A stretch of DNA of 56,056 bases, from assembly GCA_001779595.1 (NCBI GenBank), contig MFKO01000002.1:148311-204366 (forward strand). The letters are read 5' to 3'. The number at the start of each line of letters is the position of its first letter. Position 1 is the first letter of the stretch. The notes under the pieces were generated by a model. That model did not search any database, was not told where the DNA came from, and saw only the letters and a list, made by a program, of their open reading frames with translations. This stretch comes from Candidatus Kaiserbacteria bacterium RIFCSPHIGHO2_01_FULL_46_22 (GTDB lineage: Bacteria; Patescibacteriota; Minisyncoccia; Phycocordibacterales; UBA918). This document shows positions 56,016 through 56,056 of this stretch, in pieces. A program made the translations under genes and the position numbers.

Positions 56016-56056
56016 CAAAATAAACAACAGGGAATCAACACGGCGGGCAGCGAAGC

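Overview
56-kb chromosomal segment of a Patescibacteria (CPR) bacterium, most like Parcubacteria; this placement is inferred from gene content and trimmed proteins. It uses standard code 11 (pheS ends in TGA). It is mostly housekeeping: prfA, rpsB-tsf, tRNA-Thr, pheST, gyrB, thrS, dnaE, rnhB, rpmF-nusB-rnc-smc, rnr, rpsP-khpA-trmD, rpoBC, dnaG-rpoD, hisS and prmC. Interspersed are a sortase/surface-protein locus, an ion-transport cluster and about ten small SD-led ORFans. No integrase, transposase, CRISPR array or rRNA was seen. Best leads: (1) a transcriptional T-box riboswitch upstream of thrS with an ultrashort Stem I carrying ACC (Thr) in its terminal loop, a hybrid architecture; (2) a sortase beside an Ig-repeat protein with a VPYTG sorting signal, a four-way-junction leader RNA and a hidden -1-frame alternative C-terminus; (3) tRNA-Thr flanked by two degenerate 5'-half copies and an exact 41-bp 3'-half copy, all breaking at the anticodon loop; (4) a hinge-less 749-aa SMC; (5) a NusB-Nudix fusion with a degenerate Nudix box; (6) three distinct translation-initiation modes (leaderless, AU-rich SD-less, and strong SD almost only on ORFans); (7) a rifampicin pocket of RpoB substituted at four positions. 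All alignments and foldings were done by eye; no database searches were run.
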